Below are positions 61,290-64,000 of a DNA stretch of 64,000 bases, one piece after another. Numbering within the stretch: position 1 is the stretch's first letter; every line of letters begins with the position of its first letter. The notes beneath the pieces were generated by a model. The model was given only the letters and a program-made list of their open reading frames with translations, made no database searches and had not been told where the DNA came from. The translations under genes were made by a program, and so were the position numbers. Source of the DNA: Mobula hypostoma (lineage: Eukaryota); assembly GCF_963921235.1 (NCBI RefSeq), contig NC_086097.1, positions 135,162,001-135,226,000 on the forward strand, in the 5' to 3' direction.

Positions 61290-64000
61290 ACCATAAGAGA
61301 TCAGAGCAAAGTTAGGCTATTCAGCCCATCGAGTCTGCTCCGCTATTCCATCATGGCTGATGCCAGATCCCGCTCAACCCCATATACCTACCTCCTTGCC
61401 ATATCCTTTGGTTCCCTGACCGATAGGAAAAGATCAATTTCTGCCTTAAATATAGCCATGGACTTCACCTCCACTGCAATCTGTGGCAGAGCATTCCACA
61501 AAAGCACTACTTTCTGGCTAAAAAAAAAAGTCCTCCTTGACTCTGTTTTAAAAGGTCGCCTGTCAATTTTGAGGCTGTGGCCTCTAGTTCTGGATACCCT
61601 CATCATAGGAAACATGTCTCCACACCTACTCTATCTATCCCTTTCAACATGTGGTAGGTTTCATTGAGATCACCCCTGCATTCTTCTAAATTCCAGTGAG
61701 TACAGGCCCAAAGCTGCCAAATGAACCTCATATGTTAACATAGAAACATAGAAAATAGGTGCAGGAGTAGGCCATTCGGCCCTTTGAGCCTGCACTCCCA
61801 TTTATTATGATCATGGCTGATCATCCAACTCAGAACCCCGCCCCAGCCTTCCCTCCATACCCCCTGATCCCCGTAGCCACAAGGGCCATATCTAACTCCC
61901 TCTAAATATAGCCAATGAACTGGCCTCAACTGTTTCCTGTGGCAGAGAATTCCACAGATTCACCACTCTCTGTGTGAAGAAGTTTTTCCTAATCTCGGTC
62001 CTAAAAGGCTTCCCCTTTATCCTCAAACTGTGACCCCTCGTTCTGGACTTCCCCAACATCGGGAACAATCTTCCTGCATCTAGCCTGTCCAATCCCTTTA
62101 GGATTTTATACGTTTCAATCAGATACCCCCTCAATCTTCTAAATTCCAACGAGTACAAGCCCAGTTCATCCAGTCTTTCTTCATATGAAAGTCCTGCCAT
62201 CCCAGGAATCAATCTGGTGAACCTTCTTTGTACTCCCTCTATGGCAAGGATGTCTGTCCTCAGATTAGGGGACCAAAACTGCACACAATACTCCAGGTGT
62301 GGTCTCACCAAGGCCTTGTACAACTGCAGTAGTACCTCCCTGCTCCTGTACTCGAATCCTCTCGCTATAAATGCCAGCATACCATTCGTTCCTGGAATCT
62401 TCCTCTGGACTCTCTCCAATGACAACACATCCTTTCTGAGAAATGGGGCCCAAAACTGTTGACAATACTCCCAAGTGTGATCTGACTAATGTCTTATAAA
62501 GGATCAGCATTATCTTTTTGCTTTTATATTCTATTCCCCTTGAAATAAATGCTAACATTCCTCTTGCTTTCTTTACCACAGACTCAACCTGTAAATTAAC
62601 CTTCTGGGAGTCTTGCATGAGGATTCCCAAGTCTCTGCACCTTTGATGTTTGACCATTTAGATAATAGTCTGCACTATCGTACCGTTTACCAAAATGCAT
62701 TATCATACATTTCCCACACTGTATTCCATCTGCCATCTTTTTTGCTCATTCTTCCAATTTGTCCCAAGTCCTGCATTGCTTCCTCAGCACTACTTACCCC
62801 TTCACTTATCTTCATATCATCTGCAAACTTTGCCATAAAGCCATCAATTCCATTATCAAAATCATTGACAAACAATGTGAAAAGCAGTGGTCCCAGTATT
62901 GACCCCTGAAGAACACCACCAGTCACTGGCAGCCAACCCTTAATTCCTACTGGCTGCCTCCTGCCTGTCAGCCTATCCATGCCAGTTCCTTTCCTGTAAT
63001 GCTATAGGATTTTATCTTGTTTAGCAGCTTCGTGTGTGACACCTTATCAAATGCCTTCTGGAAATCCAAGTAAATGATATCCACTGCCTCTCTTTTAGCC
63101 ACCCTGCTTGTTACTTCCTCGAAGAACTCTGTCAGATTTGTCAGGCAAGATTTCCCTTCACAGAAACCATGCTGAAGTTGACTTATTTTATCTTTTAGTC
63201 TCCAAGCACCCTGAAACCTCATCCTTAATAATAGACTCCAACATTTTTCCAACCACTGAGTTTAGGCTAACTGGCCTATAATTTCCTTTCTTTTGCCTTC
63301 CTCCCTTCTTAAAGAGTGGAGTGACATTTACAACTTTCCAGTCCCATGAGACCATGCCAGAATCAAGTGATTCTTGAAAGATCATGACCAATGCATTTGT
63401 TATCTCTTCGGCAACCTTTCTCAATACTCTGGGATGTAGTCCATCTGGGCCAGGTGACTTACCACCTTAAGACCTTTGAGTTTGCCCAGCAATTTTTCCT
63501 TTGGCACTCACTCCTGTTCCGACACTCACAGACCTCTGGCATACGTCTGGCCCTTGTGGCTACGGGGGTCAGGGGGTATGGAGGGAAGGCTGGGGCGGGG
63601 TTCTGAGTTGGATGATCAGCCATGATCATAATAAATGGCGGTGCAGGCTCGAAGGGCCGAATGGCCTACTCCTGCACCTATTTTCTATGTTTCTATACTG
63701 CTAGTGTCTTCCACAGTGAAGACTGGTGCAAAGTACTTATTAAGTTCATCTGCCATTTCTTTGTCCCCCATTACTACCTCACCAGCATCATTTTCCAGTG
63801 GTCCAATATCAACTTTCACCTCCCTTTTACTCTTTATATAACTGAAAAAACTTTTAGTATCCTGCTTTATATTATTGGTTGTTTGCCCTTGTATTTCATC
63901 TTTTCCCTTGTAGCTTTTTAGTTGCCTTTTGTTGGATTTAAAAGCTTCCCAATCATCCAAATTCCCATTCATTTTTACCACCTTATATGCCCTTTCCTTG
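61290..64000 (-). mobile_element. CR1 (minus) running off the window end, with nested younger CR1 pieces at 61739-62388 (-) and ~63545-63694 (+)
   Basis: RT motifs KFADDMK, YLDFQKAFDKV, NYRPVSL; nested copy KALVRPHLEYCVQFWSP; ATAC duplication around the 63.6 kb insert. Confidence 0.9.

Overview
Vertebrate genomic DNA. The repeat content (CR1 LINEs, V-SINE/HE1-type SINEs, Penelope-like repeats) points to a cartilaginous fish, probably a batoid (inference). The window holds the last 16 coding exons of ATAD2 (+, 1990-27326; AAA domains, bromodomain, C-terminus) and, downstream in tandem, ZHX1 (+; CpG-island promoter ~38.0-39.2 kb, single coding exon 48581-51259, candidate 3'-UTR exon from 55520), the same gene order as human 8q24.13. 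Introns and intergenic DNA are filled with nested transposable elements. The main unexplained signal lies between ATAD2 and ZHX1: a + strand, apparently four-exon coding relic (28682-29014, 30253-30391, 30832-~31313, 33976-34132 plus 37608-37698). It has canonical splice sites, matching phases at the first two junctions, few in-frame stops, and a last exon apparently split by a Tc1 insertion. It looks like a unitary pseudogene of a protein I cannot name. Also notable: minimal hammerhead-ribozyme motifs in the Penelope-like repeats (one interrupted by a CR1 tail inside its GAAAC core), a Tigger element closely resembling human MER2, and a periodic CCAAT-box array with a possibly bidirectional promoter at ZHX1. 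All coordinates were read by eye; repeat family names come from motif recognition, not database searches.
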